This document shows, one piece after another, positions 6,504 to 15,525 of a stretch of DNA of 35,690 nt. The translations under genes and the position numbers were made by a program. Location of the stretch: the NCBI GenBank assembly GCA_902475645.1, contig CABSAH010000002.1:1-35690 (forward strand). The letters are read 5' to 3'. Numbering within the stretch: position 1 is the first letter of the stretch; the number at the start of each line of letters is the position of its first letter. Source of the DNA: an uncultured Christensenellaceae bacterium. Lineage in GTDB: Bacteria > Bacillota > Clostridia > Christensenellales > CAG-138. Under the pieces are notes generated by a model. It saw only the letters and a program-made list of their open reading frames with translations. It had not been told where the DNA came from and searched no databases.

Positions 6504-9422
6504 ATGAAGCTTAAATTCTGCGGGGCGGCGCGCTGCGTCACGGGTTCGTGCCATATGCTTTGCTACGATGGCGGCAAGGTGCTTATCGATTGCGGAATGC
6601 GCCAGGGTGCGGACGAAAAGGGCGAATTGGGAGCGAGCGATTTTGCATTCGACCCCAAGGAGATAGATGCGGTACTCCTTACCCATGCGCATATTGACCA
6701 CAGCGGCCTGCTACCGCTTATGGTAAAGCGCGGCTTTAACGGCAAAATAATAACCACAAAGGCCACCGCGGAGCTATCGGGCATAATGCTGCCGGACAGC
6801 GCAAAAATTCAGGAGCAGGACGCCGAATATCAAAACCGCAAGAATATGCGCGCGGGCAAGCCTATGGTGGAGCCAATGTATACGGCGGCGGACGCGCAGA
6901 AAACGCTGGAACGCTTTGCGCCGGTGAGCTATGGCGACATTGTTGAGGTTTGGCCGGGGCTTAGGGCAAGATTCAACGATATAGGCCATCTTTTGGGCAG
7001 CGCCGCAATAGAGCTTTGGGCGGAGGAAAAGGGAACGACCACAAAGCTTGTATTTTCGGGCGACATAGGGCGCGACGAAAGGCCGATACTGCGCGACCCT
7101 TCCAGCATAGACGGCGCCGACTACGTTATTGTGGAAGGCACATACGGCGACAGGGAGCACGACGCAACAAAGGAAGAGGATAAGGAAAAGCAGCTTGCGG
7201 ACGTGCTGAAGGAAGGCATTGCGCGCGGAGGGAACATAGTCATACCCTCGTTTGCCGTTGGCAGAACGCAGGAGCTCCTTTATACAATAAAGCGGCTGAT
7301 GATGAAAAACGCCGTGCCGGGGCTTGAAAAGATACCGGTATTTGTGGATAGTCCGCTCGGCATAAACGCCACGAAGATATACGAACGCTGCGCAAGGGAG
7401 TATTACGATGAAGAGGCGCTGGAAATGCTCAAAACCGGCGGCTCGCCGTTTGACCTGCCCAACCTTAGGGTAGCGGAAACGGGAGAGGAAAGCAAGCTTA
7501 TCAACTTCCAGCCGGGCTGCAACATAATAATATCCTCCTCCGGCATGTGCGACGCGGGCAGGATAAGGCACCACCTTAAGCACAATCTGTACAGGCCGGA
7601 TTCGACAATACTGTTCGTTGGCTATCAGGCTAACGGCACGCTCGGCCGCATGCTGCTGGACGGGGCAAGGAGCGTTAAGCTTTTTGGCGAGCAGATACAG
7701 GTGAACGCCGCAATACGCATGATAGAGGGCTTTTCCGGTCATGCGGGCAGGAGCGAGCTTCTGCAATGGATAAGGGAAATAGGGTCAAAGCCCAAGTGCG
7801 TGTTCTTGGTGCATGGCGAAAGCGAAACGCTGGATAAATTCGCCGTGTCGGTGCGCGCGCTGGGGCTTGATGTTGAAATACCGGAGCTGTTTGACGAATT
7901 TGAGCTGAGCTACGGCGCAAGCGGCGTGGTGCGTATGCCCGCGCTTACGCCCAAGAAGGAAGAAGAGCCGGATTTGTTCATAGGCCGCAGGCTGAACCAA
8001 ATAGCAAGGCAATGGGGCATAAACGGGGCGCTCTACTGTATGCGCGGCGAAGAACCGCTTTACGATACCGCAATGGGCGTTGCCGATGCAAACAGGCAGG
8101 ACCTTAACGGCATACATACGCATTTTGCCGCAGGGGAGATTACAATGGCGTTTACCGCGGCGGCTGTGCTGGCGCTGAATATGCAGGGCAAGCTTGATTT
8201 GGACGCGCCGCTGGATAAGCTTGTTCCAGAATACGCCCACGCCGCAGAGATAACGGCAAGGGAGCTGCTGCTTGGGCAAAAGGCCGTGCCGGACTATGCG
8301 GATTACGATATGAACTTTAAGCTTTATACGCGCGCGCAGGAGGAGCAGCTTGACGGGGCGGAAACCTTTAAGCTGAAATGGAACGCGCTGAACGGCGCTA
8401 TAAGCGATGAAGAGGTGCTTGGCATTGTGAATAAGCTTGGCGTGGTGAACGATCCGGACAGCTACGCCGGCCTGCGCAGCAGCTACCGCATACTGGGAAT
8501 GGCAGCGGCAAGGGCATACGGAAAAAGCCTTGCCGAAACGCTGGATGGGCTTGTGTTCGCGCCGCTTGGCATGAACGATACGGGCATGGGCAAGGCGGCG
8601 GAGGTTACATATACCGCAAGGATAGGCAACGCAAGCGTTGTAGAAAACGCGCCGAGGCTTATCGGCGGCGAAGCGGGCGGCGTGGTCAGCGCATATGATT
8701 TGGCGCATTTCGGCATGGCATTGCTTGAAGGTAAGCTGCTTGACGATGAGCATACGGACATTATGCTTGCGCCCAACGCTTGCGGGCTAAGGACTGTTAA
8801 CGGCTGGCATTACGCGGACGGCAACATGGATTGCGCACAGAGCGCACTGTATATAAACGCGCAGTATAACGTAAGCGTGGCCATGCTTGCAAACGCGCCG
8901 AGCGCATTTACGGAGCCGGACGAAACGGGCGCAAGGTCCTTCGTGCAGCGGATGCGGTACGAGATGGACGATGTTTATATAAGGGCGGAGGATGTGCAGC
9001 TTGAGCCTATAAACGACGCAAACGTGTATTCCGTGCTTAAGCTTGCCGTAAAGGAGGAGCAGCAGACGCTTGTTGCGGGCAATGATCTTTCGCTTGCGGA
9101 GGCGGCCGCGCTTGAAAACGCGCTGCCCTATGCCGTTACGCAGAACGGCGTTGCGGTGGGCTTTGCACTGCTTAACGTTGATAAGGAGCGCGATTTATTC
9201 GAAATATGGCGGCTGATGATAGATAAGCGCTTCCAGCATAAGGGCTTCGGCACGGCGGCCATGAAGCTTGCGATGGCGGAGCTTGGACGGCTTGGCGCAA
9301 AAAAGGCGCAGCTAAGCGTTGCTCCCGATAATGAAACAGCGATTGCAATGTATAAAAAGCTTGGGTTCCGCTTCACCGGGCGCATGGAGCGCGGCGAAGC
9401 ATATATGGAATGCGAGCTGTAA
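6504..9422 (+). CDS. Three-domain fusion: MBL-fold/beta-CASP (RNA-metabolising type) hydrolase, a beta-lactamase/transpeptidase-like domain lacking the catalytic Ser/Lys, and a GNAT N-acetyltransferase
   Basis: A single 972-aa frame behind an AAGGAGG RBS. It contains HAHIDHSG (6684-6707) and a beta-CASP/RMMBL tail (...GFSGHAGRSELLQW...LVHGE). The middle domain resembles serine beta-lactamases (FAPLGMNDT, GGVVSAYDLAHFGMALL), but the SxxK position reads E-I-T-M (8136-8147). The C-terminus has the GNAT motif RFQHKGFGTAA followed by YKKLGFRF. Confidence 0.8.
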   Translation: MKLKFCGAARCVTGSCHMLCYDGGKVLIDCGMRQGADEKGELGASDFAFDPKEIDAVLLTHAHIDHSGLLPLMVKRGFNGKIITTKATAELSGIMLPDSAKIQEQDAEYQNRKNMRAGKPMVEPMYTAADAQKTLERFAPVSYGDIVEVWPGLRARFNDIGHLLGSAAIELWAEEKGTTTKLVFSGDIGRDERPILRDPSSIDGADYVIVEGTYGDREHDATKEEDKEKQLADVLKEGIARGGNIVIPSFAVGRTQELLYTIKRLMMKNAVPGLEKIPVFVDSPLGINATKIYERCAREYYDEEALEMLKTGGSPFDLPNLRVAETGEESKLINFQPGCNIIISSSGMCDAGRIRHHLKHNLYRPDSTILFVGYQANGTLGRMLLDGARSVKLFGEQIQVNAAIRMIEGFSGHAGRSELLQWIREIGSKPKCVFLVHGESETLDKFAVSVRALGLDVEIPELFDEFELSYGASGVVRMPALTPKKEEEPDLFIGRRLNQIARQWGINGALYCMRGEEPLYDTAMGVADANRQDLNGIHTHFAAGEITMAFTAAAVLALNMQGKLDLDAPLDKLVPEYAHAAEITARELLLGQKAVPDYADYDMNFKLYTRAQEEQLDGAETFKLKWNALNGAISDEEVLGIVNKLGVVNDPDSYAGLRSSYRILGMAAARAYGKSLAETLDGLVFAPLGMNDTGMGKAAEVTYTARIGNASVVENAPRLIGGEAGGVVSAYDLAHFGMALLEGKLLDDEHTDIMLAPNACGLRTVNGWHYADGNMDCAQSALYINAQYNVSVAMLANAPSAFTEPDETGARSFVQRMRYEMDDVYIRAEDVQLEPINDANVYSVLKLAVKEEQQTLVAGNDLSLAEAAALENALPYAVTQNGVAVGFALLNVDKERDLFEIWRLMIDKRFQHKGFGTAAMKLAMAELGRLGAKKAQLSVAPDNETAIAMYKKLGFRFTGRMERGEAYMECEL

Positions 9423-9431
9423 GGAGGATAA

Positions 9432-10073
9432 ATGGAAGGCATATTAAGCTATGTTATAGATGCGCTGTATAGCCTGCCGGGGATACTGGTTGGCCTCTCG
9501 TTCCACGAATGGGGCCATGCATACGCGGCGTATAAGCGCGGCGACCCCACGGCAAGGAACCTTGGCCGCATGACGGTTAACCCGCTTGCGCATATAGACC
9601 CGCTGGGCTTCCTTTCGCTGCTTATACTTGGCTTTGGCTGGGCTAAGCCCGTGCCTATAAGCACGCGCAATTTCAAAACGCCGCGCAAGGATGAGCTTAT
9701 AGTATCCCTTGCGGGCATAACGGTTAACATTATACTGGGCGCGGTGTTCATGATAATATGGGCGGTGCTTGTGAGCCTGCCGCATAGCAGCGAAATACTC
9801 AATACAATGGTGCAGTATTGCTATGCTATCAACTTCGGCCTTGCCGTATTCAATCTTTTGCCCATTCCGCCGCTTGATGGCTACCATGTGGCGCAATGCC
9901 TTTTTATGAACGGCAAAACGTACAGGTTTTTCGGCTTTGTTGAAAAATACAGCTACGTTATATTGATAGCCGTGCTGCTTATCAATTCGCGCACGCATTT
10001 TCTTAATACGATAGTTTATTGGCTTATGCTGCCGCTTATGAAGCTGGCCGCGCTGATAATGAGCCTTTTTTGA
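9432..10073 (+). CDS. Site-2 protease (peptidase M50) family membrane protein
   Basis: 213 aa and multi-TM, with FHEWGHAYAA (HExxH) and the second motif NLLPIPPLDG. Confidence 0.8.
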   Translation: MEGILSYVIDALYSLPGILVGLSFHEWGHAYAAYKRGDPTARNLGRMTVNPLAHIDPLGFLSLLILGFGWAKPVPISTRNFKTPRKDELIVSLAGITVNIILGAVFMIIWAVLVSLPHSSEILNTMVQYCYAINFGLAVFNLLPIPPLDGYHVAQCLFMNGKTYRFFGFVEKYSYVILIAVLLINSRTHFLNTIVYWLMLPLMKLAALIMSLF

Positions 10074-10095
10074 GCGCGGCGCAGGGTGAAAACGG

Positions 10096-10854
10096 ATGGC
10101 ATACGAAGTTCATCTGAAGGAATTTGACGGGCCGCTTGACCTTCTGCTGCATCTTATAGAGCAGGCGAAGGTGGACATAAAGGACATATTCGTATCCGAA
10201 ATAACAAACAGGTATCTTTCGCTTATGGAGGAGCTTGACGAGCTGGATATGGATACGGCAAGCGAGTTTTTGACAATGGCGGCAACGCTTGTGTATATCA
10301 AATCGCGCTCGCTTTTGCCAAAGCCGCCAAAGGAAGCGGAGGAGGAAGAGGACCCCGAGGAGGCGCTGGTACGCCGGCTGAAGGAATACAAGCTGTTCAG
10401 GCAGGCGGGCGAAAGGCTTAATGAGCTGAGCGCGGGCATGCGGGGCGTGTTTTCGCGGCTGCCGGAGGAATTTACGCTTCCCCCGCAGGAATATGAGCTG
10501 GAGCAGGCCACGGCGGAGGAGCTTTTTGCGGCGTTTATGGAGGTGCTTAACCGCGAAGAGCCCGAAAGCCGAATTCCCGAAATAGCCAAAAGGGTGGATG
10601 CGGACAGGTACACCGTAAGGGCGCAGCTTGTGAAGATACGCGAAAAGCTTAAAAAAAGCCCGAAGGTTACGTTTGAAGAGCTGTTTGAAGCAACGAGCGC
10701 CAAGCTTGAAAAGATAGTAACGTTCATGGCGCTGCTTGAAATGATTGCGCGGCAGGAGATACTGCTAAAGCAGTCCGCGCCGTATGGCAGAATAAGCATA
10801 AGCGCATATAACCTTAAAGAGGACGATGCGGACGCCGAATACATGGATGAATAG
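10096..10854 (+). CDS. scpA: Segregation and condensation protein A
   Basis: LKEFDGPLDLLLHLIEQAKVDIKDI at the N-terminus, 252 aa, directly upstream of scpB. Confidence 0.9.
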   Translation: MAYEVHLKEFDGPLDLLLHLIEQAKVDIKDIFVSEITNRYLSLMEELDELDMDTASEFLTMAATLVYIKSRSLLPKPPKEAEEEEDPEEALVRRLKEYKLFRQAGERLNELSAGMRGVFSRLPEEFTLPPQEYELEQATAEELFAAFMEVLNREEPESRIPEIAKRVDADRYTVRAQLVKIREKLKKSPKVTFEELFEATSAKLEKIVTFMALLEMIARQEILLKQSAPYGRISISAYNLKEDDADAEYMDE

Positions 10855-10878
10855 GCCACGGCAGAGGGGGAGGACATA

Positions 10879-11442
10879 TTGGAATACGATGAGCGCATGG
10901 GCGCGATAGAATGCATATTGTTCGTTTCGGGCGATCCTGTGCCCGTAATAGAATTGCAGCGGGCAATAGGCGTAACGGACATAGAGATGGAGCATATTAT
11001 ACGCAGCATGGATGAACTTTACAGGCGCGAAAAGCGCGGCGTGCAGCTTTTTATTACGGCGGAAACCATGCAGCTTGTGTCAAACAGGGAATATGCGCAC
11101 TATATTGAGGAGCTTGTGCAGCCCGTGCAGTCAAAATCATTTTCGCAGTCCATGCTTGAAACGCTTTCCGTAATAGCGTATCGTCAGCCCGTTACAAGGG
11201 CGGATATAGAGGCTGTGCGCGGCGTGCGGTGCGAATATGCCGTAAGCCAGCTTATGAAGCTTGGCATGGTAAGGGAGCTTGGGCGCAAAAACGTGGTGGG
11301 CAGGCCAATGCTGCTTGGCACAACGGATGCGTTTTTAAGGCATTTCGGCATAAGGTCGCTTAGCGAATTGCCGCAGCTTAGCGAAACGGAAAATCTGGAA
11401 GCGGACGAAGCCGGGAATACAGAAACTACGGAATCGGTTTGA
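10879..11442 (+). CDS. scpB: Segregation and condensation protein B
   Basis: TTG start after GGGGGAGG. It has IECILFVSGDPV and SVIAYRQPVTRADIEAVRGV winged-helix repeats, and is 187 aa. Confidence 0.9.
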   Translation: MEYDERMGAIECILFVSGDPVPVIELQRAIGVTDIEMEHIIRSMDELYRREKRGVQLFITAETMQLVSNREYAHYIEELVQPVQSKSFSQSMLETLSVIAYRQPVTRADIEAVRGVRCEYAVSQLMKLGMVRELGRKNVVGRPMLLGTTDAFLRHFGIRSLSELPQLSETENLEADEAGNTETTESV

Positions 11443-11505
11443 GCAAAAGCGGAATAACCCGATAAAGCCTAATAAAATAAAGCGAAACAGCAAATATTAG
11501 CCCAT

Positions 11506-12111
11506 ATGGGCTTTTTTGCTATGCTTTTAATTGCGGCTGCCGCTGTGGCCGTATTGATACCGATTAAGTTGAGCTTCAGCGTTATGCTGTGCCGCAATGC
11601 GGCAAGGCTAAGGCTGAATATTAGCATACTCGGCCTTATACGGATTAAAATTATGCCCGCGGCGGACGGGGAAAAGCGCGCGGCCGGGCACGGCAGGGCT
11701 AAGCCCGGAGGGGGAGAGAAAAAGCGCTTTGGAATAAAAATGGGTATGGGTGCGGCAAAAATGGCGCTGGCCGTGGTTAAGCAAAGGGAACGCTATCTGC
11801 GGCTTGATACTTTGACGGTGCGCGGGAGCATAGGCATGGAGGGCGACGCCGCCGCAACGGCGCTTTTGTGCGGCGCGGCGAATGAACTGATACCGCGCCT
11901 TATACGCCTTTTGCTGCCGAATAGGGGCGCGTGCAGCGTATTTGTTGCGCCGGAATTCAGGTTCGGCGCGGGCTGGCTATATATGGAAGGTATTATTGCG
12001 CTCAATATTGCCAAGCTTATAGGTATTATCGGAAAAGAGGTAATTGGATATGTCGCATCCGGTGGAAAACATAATGCGAAGCACTATGGAGCAATTAAGG
12101 CAAATGGTTGA
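11506..12111 (+). CDS. YtfI/DUF2953-like sporulation-associated membrane protein (tentative)
   Basis: 201 aa with an N-terminal TM helix. It sits immediately upstream of, and overlaps, a GerW/YtfJ gene, as in the ytfI-ytfJ pairs of spore formers. No SD is visible and the start is uncertain. Confidence 0.45.
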   Translation: MGFFAMLLIAAAAVAVLIPIKLSFSVMLCRNAARLRLNISILGLIRIKIMPAADGEKRAAGHGRAKPGGGEKKRFGIKMGMGAAKMALAVVKQRERYLRLDTLTVRGSIGMEGDAAATALLCGAANELIPRLIRLLLPNRGACSVFVAPEFRFGAGWLYMEGIIALNIAKLIGIIGKEVIGYVASGGKHNAKHYGAIKANG

Positions 12112-12487
12112 CGTGAACACGATAGTCGGCTCTCCCGTTGAAACGGGCGGCGGAACGGTGCTGCTGCCCGTTTCCAAGGTCAGCATGGGCTTTGTGTCCG
12201 GCGGAGGGGAGTACACCATGGGGCGCGCGGCCTCGCCCGTTAAGCGCGCGGGCGATGAACTGGACGCAAGCGAGGGGCGCTATCCGTTCGCGGGGACTGC
12301 CGCGGCGGGCATGTGCCTAACGCCAATGGGCTTTGTTACGAGCGAAAACGGGCGCACGCGGGTATTGCCGGCGCAGTATAAATGCGGCGCTGAACGGCTG
12401 ATAGACATGATGCCCGAAATAATAGCCGCGATAGAGCGCATGGCAAACGGCATTGCGAACAAAAGCAAAGAGGAACCCAAGGAATGA
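12050..12487 (+). CDS. ytfJ: GerW/YtfJ family sporulation protein
   Basis: MEQLRQMVDVNTIVGSPVETGGGTVLLPVSKVSMGFVSGGGEY is the characteristic YtfJ core. The ATG at 12050 lies 9 nt after AAGAGG. The track's TTG at 12044 is an alternative start. Confidence 0.8.
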   Translation: MSHPVENIMRSTMEQLRQMVDVNTIVGSPVETGGGTVLLPVSKVSMGFVSGGGEYTMGRAASPVKRAGDELDASEGRYPFAGTAAAGMCLTPMGFVTSENGRTRVLPAQYKCGAERLIDMMPEIIAAIERMANGIANKSKEEPKE

Positions 12488-13605
12488 CCGCGCAAAGAGC
12501 GATTGCGCTTATGCTGGCAGCGGCGGCCGTAATATGCATTAACGCAGGGGCATATGCCGAAAATGCGCCCGATATTGCGGCGGGCGGCGCGGTGCTTATG
12601 GAGCGGGACACGGGAACCGTGATATGCGCCAAGGACGCGCATAAAAAGCTGCCCATGGCAAGCACAACAAAGATAATGACCGCGCTTATAGTTATAGAAA
12701 ACTGCCCGCTTGCCGATACGGTAAAGGTAAGCCCCAAGGCATACGGCATTGAAGGGTCAAGCATGTATCTGAACGCGGGCGAGGAGCTGAGCGTGGAGGA
12801 TATGCTGTATGGGCTTATGCTGCTTAGCGGGAACGATGCGGCGGTCGCCCTTGCAATACATACGGCGGGCAGCGTGGAAGCCTTTGCCGCGCTTATGAAC
12901 AGGCGCGCGGAGGAGCTGGGCGCGCACAATACGCATTTTGTAACGCCGAACGGTCTGCACGATGACGGGCATTACACCACGGCGTATGACCTTACGCTTA
13001 TTGCGGCGGAGGCAATGAGAAACCCCGATTTCAGGAAGATTGCAGGCTCAACGTATCACAGAACGTCAACGGGCGGCGTTATACGCTGCATGAAGAATAA
13101 AAACAAAATGCTGTGGCAGTATGAAGGCGGCTGCGGCGTTAAAACGGGCTATACCAAGGCCGCGGGGCGCTGCCTTGTATTTGCGGCGGAGCGGGACGGC
13201 ATGATGCTTATAGGCACGGTGCTGAATTGCCCTGATATGTTCAATGCGGCGAAGGCTATGCTCGATTACGGCTTTGCCGGCTTCGGCATGGAAAAAATAG
13301 TATCCGCCGGGCAGAGCATAGCGCGCATAAGGGTGAGCGGCGGCGTAAAAACAGCCTTGGCAGCGGAGGCCAAAAACGATATAATAATACCTGTACGAAT
13401 AGGCGAAAGCGCGGATATACGCACGGAGGTTGAAACGCTCAGCGGCATCACAGCCCCTGTTGAGAAGGGAGAGAGAGTGGGCGTTTTAAGGGTCATTGCG
13501 GACGGCAGGGTTGTTGGGACAACCGAGCTTGCCGCCGCGGAGGATTGCCTTTCGCTTCAATTTGGTCAATATTTAAGAAAGCTGCTGTCCGGCTGGGCGG
13601 CATAG
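12484..13605 (+). CDS. dacB: D-alanyl-D-alanine carboxypeptidase (peptidase S11, DacB/DacF type)
   Basis: Signal-like N-terminus, SxxK as ASTTKIMTA, SxN as LSGND, and KTGYT. Its position after scpAB mirrors Bacillus scpA-scpB-ypuI-dacB. The start overlaps the ytfJ stop (ATGA). Confidence 0.85.
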   Translation: MTAQRAIALMLAAAAVICINAGAYAENAPDIAAGGAVLMERDTGTVICAKDAHKKLPMASTTKIMTALIVIENCPLADTVKVSPKAYGIEGSSMYLNAGEELSVEDMLYGLMLLSGNDAAVALAIHTAGSVEAFAALMNRRAEELGAHNTHFVTPNGLHDDGHYTTAYDLTLIAAEAMRNPDFRKIAGSTYHRTSTGGVIRCMKNKNKMLWQYEGGCGVKTGYTKAAGRCLVFAAERDGMMLIGTVLNCPDMFNAAKAMLDYGFAGFGMEKIVSAGQSIARIRVSGGVKTALAAEAKNDIIIPVRIGESADIRTEVETLSGITAPVEKGERVGVLRVIADGRVVGTTELAAAEDCLSLQFGQYLRKLLSGWAA

Positions 13606-13613
13606 GGTACGCA

Positions 13614-14330
13614 ATGCGGCTGCAAAAATTCATGGCTGAGGCAGGGGTTGCTTCCAGAAGAAAATGCGAGGAGCTTATCGGCGCTGGGCTTGTTAAGGTA
13701 AACGGGCAGGCTGCATCGATAGGCATGGTGATAGACCCGATTAACGACAGGGTGGAATACGCAGGCAAGCTGCTGCGCCCTGCCGCGCAGCGGGTCGTTT
13801 TTGCGTTCTATAAGCCGCGCGGGGTCATGTGTACCGCCTTTGACCCGCAGGGCAGGGCGACTATAATGGACTATTTTAAGGATATGCCTTATAGGTTATA
13901 TAGCGTTGGCAGGCTGGACTATGATTCGGAGGGCCTGCTGCTTATGACGAATGACGGCGAGCTTGCCTATAAGCTTACGCATCCTAAGTTCAGCGTGGAT
14001 AAAACATACCATGCCGTGTGCGACGGCGTGCTTACAAATGCCGAAATAGCAAGGCTTGAACAGGGCGTGGATATTGGCGACGGCGTTACTGGCCCTGCGC
14101 GCATAACGCAGGTACACGCGCTGCACAACGGCAACACATCGTTCGATATAACAATACACGAGGGCCGCAACCGCCAGATAAGGCGCATGCTGGAGGCGGT
14201 TGGGCATAAAACGCTGGTGCTTAAGCGCACGAAGGAGGGCGCGGTTTCAATAGGCTTTATGCAGCCGGGCGAATACAGGCAGCTTAATGAGGCGGAGCTG
14301 GACGCGCTTAGGCAAACAGAGCTTTCTTAA
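13614..14330 (+). CDS. rluB: Pseudouridine synthase, RluB/RsuA family
   Basis: S4 domain MRLQKFMAEAGVASRRKCEELIGAGLVKVNG, then the catalytic GRLDYDSEGLLLMTNDG. I chose the ATG at 13614 rather than the track start 13545, which overlaps dacB by 60 nt. Confidence 0.85.
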   Translation: MRLQKFMAEAGVASRRKCEELIGAGLVKVNGQAASIGMVIDPINDRVEYAGKLLRPAAQRVVFAFYKPRGVMCTAFDPQGRATIMDYFKDMPYRLYSVGRLDYDSEGLLLMTNDGELAYKLTHPKFSVDKTYHAVCDGVLTNAEIARLEQGVDIGDGVTGPARITQVHALHNGNTSFDITIHEGRNRQIRRMLEAVGHKTLVLKRTKEGAVSIGFMQPGEYRQLNEAELDALRQTELS

Positions 14331-14570
14331 CATGAAATTGACGCGCAATTCACCCTACGGACGGATTTTGCAAGCCGTTATGGGCAAAACCGGCACTTCC
14401 ATGAACATAAAGAAAAATAAATTTGCATTTCTTGCAGGAAAAAAGAACACTATGCAGAATAATAGAAAACGGGTGTATTTGATGGCATTGTTTACTCAAA
14501 TGCCAGCTTATACATGTATACAAGTATTTAACGGTTTCATAATCAATGCTTAGAAAGGAGACTGTCACAA

Positions 14571-14909
14571 ATGGTTGAAATGATCACCAATCCGTGGGTT
14601 GTGCTTGCATTGGGTATGGGTACGGTATTTGTCGGATTGCTGCTGCTGGTGCTTATCATCAAGCTGATGGGCTTTGTGGCGAGCAAGACCGTCAAGAAGC
14701 CGGCGGCTCCCGCCGCAGCCAAGGCTGCCCCGGCTCCTGCCGCCGCCGCACCGGCTGCCGCGCCTGCCGCTGCGCCCGCGCCCGCCCCTGTGGTATATCC
14801 GCACGAGGTGGATCGTTATGCGTTCGACGCTGCCGTAGCCGCTGCCATCGCCACCTATACCGGACGCGATGTTAAGGGCTTCCGTATCACCAGAATCACA
14901 AAGATGTGA
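14571..14909 (+). CDS. oadG: OadG-family small membrane subunit of the Na+-translocating decarboxylase
   Basis: 112 aa with an AAAGGAG RBS. A single N-terminal TM (WVVLALGMGTVFVGLLLLVLIIKLMGF) is followed by an Ala/Pro-rich linker. It is the first gene of the decarboxylase operon. Confidence 0.7.
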   Translation: MVEMITNPWVVLALGMGTVFVGLLLLVLIIKLMGFVASKTVKKPAAPAAAKAAPAPAAAAPAAAPAAAPAPAPVVYPHEVDRYAFDAAVAAAIATYTGRDVKGFRITRITKM

Positions 14910-14964
14910 TTTCAACAAGAACAAAAAAAGACCGATTAAGACTATTTCAGGAGGATTTAATAAA

Positions 14965-15483
14965 ATGGTGCGTAGGTTTATCGTGAACGTAAACGGTACA
15001 GCTTATGATGTTGAAGTTGAAGAAGTCGGCGGCGTTGCCGGCCGTCCCGCTGCCTTTGTGGCTCCCTCTCCTTATATGAACGCGGCTCCCGTGTATGCCG
15101 CGCCCGCTCCCGCGTACAGCGCGCCCGTTGCGCCCGCTGCGCCCGTAGCACCCGCTCCCGTTGCGGCTCCCGCCCCTGCTGCGGCTCCCGCACCCGCCGC
15201 GGCTCCCGCTCCCGCCGCAGCCCCCGCTGCCGCTCCCGCCGCAGCCCCCGCTGCCGCTCCCGCCGCCGGACAAACCGCCGTTACAGCTCCCATGCCCGGC
15301 AACATACTGGATATTAAGGTAAACGTAGGCGATACCGTTAATGCCGACGATGTAGTAGTAATACTTGAGGCCATGAAGATGGAGAACGAAATATTCGCTC
15401 CCGCTTCCGGCAAGGTTGTGGCTATAAACACCACCAAGGGCGCTTCCGTCAATTCCGGCGATTGCCTGCTGGTGATAGGCTAA
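14965..15483 (+). CDS. Biotin carrier subunit (biotinyl/lipoyl domain protein, GcdC/MmdC-like) with a long Ala/Pro linker
   Basis: The ATG at 14965 follows AGGAGGA. The C-terminal biotinylation motif is EAMKMENEI, and the linker is about 70 residues of A/P. The track start at 14869 has no RBS. Confidence 0.85.
   Translation: MVRRFIVNVNGTAYDVEVEEVGGVAGRPAAFVAPSPYMNAAPVYAAPAPAYSAPVAPAAPVAPAPVAAPAPAAAPAPAAAPAPAAAPAAAPAAAPAAAPAAGQTAVTAPMPGNILDIKVNVGDTVNADDVVVILEAMKMENEIFAPASGKVVAINTTKGASVNSGDCLLVIG
15208..15267 (+). repeat. Perfect in-frame 24-bp tandem duplication (2.5 copies) inside the Ala/Pro linker
   Basis: gctcccgccgcagcccccgctgcc occurs at 15208-15231 and again at 15232-15255, followed by a partial copy gctcccgccgcc (15256-15267). 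Confidence 0.85.
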
Positions 15484-15525
15484 GCGGCCCCCGCTTTTGC
15501 CGATTCCGATTGAAAGGAGAGCAAA

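Noticed and set aside
8000-8900. The beta-lactamase-like domain, considered as an antibiotic-resistance determinant
   Set aside because: The SxxK nucleophile and lysine positions align to E and M, and the YxN motif is not evident. The domain has no signal peptide and sits inside a cytoplasmic fusion protein, so it is very unlikely to hydrolyse beta-lactams.
10110-11009. A 299-aa Ser-rich ORF on the minus strand, antisense to scpA
   Set aside because: It is entirely antisense to a motif-supported scpA gene, has a low-complexity Ser/Ala composition typical of a mirror frame in GC-rich coding DNA, and has no RBS.
13545-13613. The upstream extension of rluB proposed by the ORF track (start at 13545)
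   Set aside because: It overlaps the dacB 3' end by 60 nt and adds a non-conserved peptide. The S4 domain begins exactly at the ATG at 13614 (MRLQKF...).
14287-14553. An 88-aa + strand ORF spanning the rluB-oadG spacer
   Set aside because: It starts inside rluB, has no RBS, and runs through AT-rich non-coding-looking sequence with Lys/Asn-rich low-complexity translation. I treat the region as the operon leader instead.
14690-15270. GC-rich repetitive tracts (gcc/ccc/gct periodicity), considered as a possible CRISPR array or non-coding VNTR
   Set aside because: They are in frame within oadG and the biotin carrier and encode Ala/Pro linkers. There is no repeat-spacer structure. Only the 24-bp duplication is kept, as a repeat feature.
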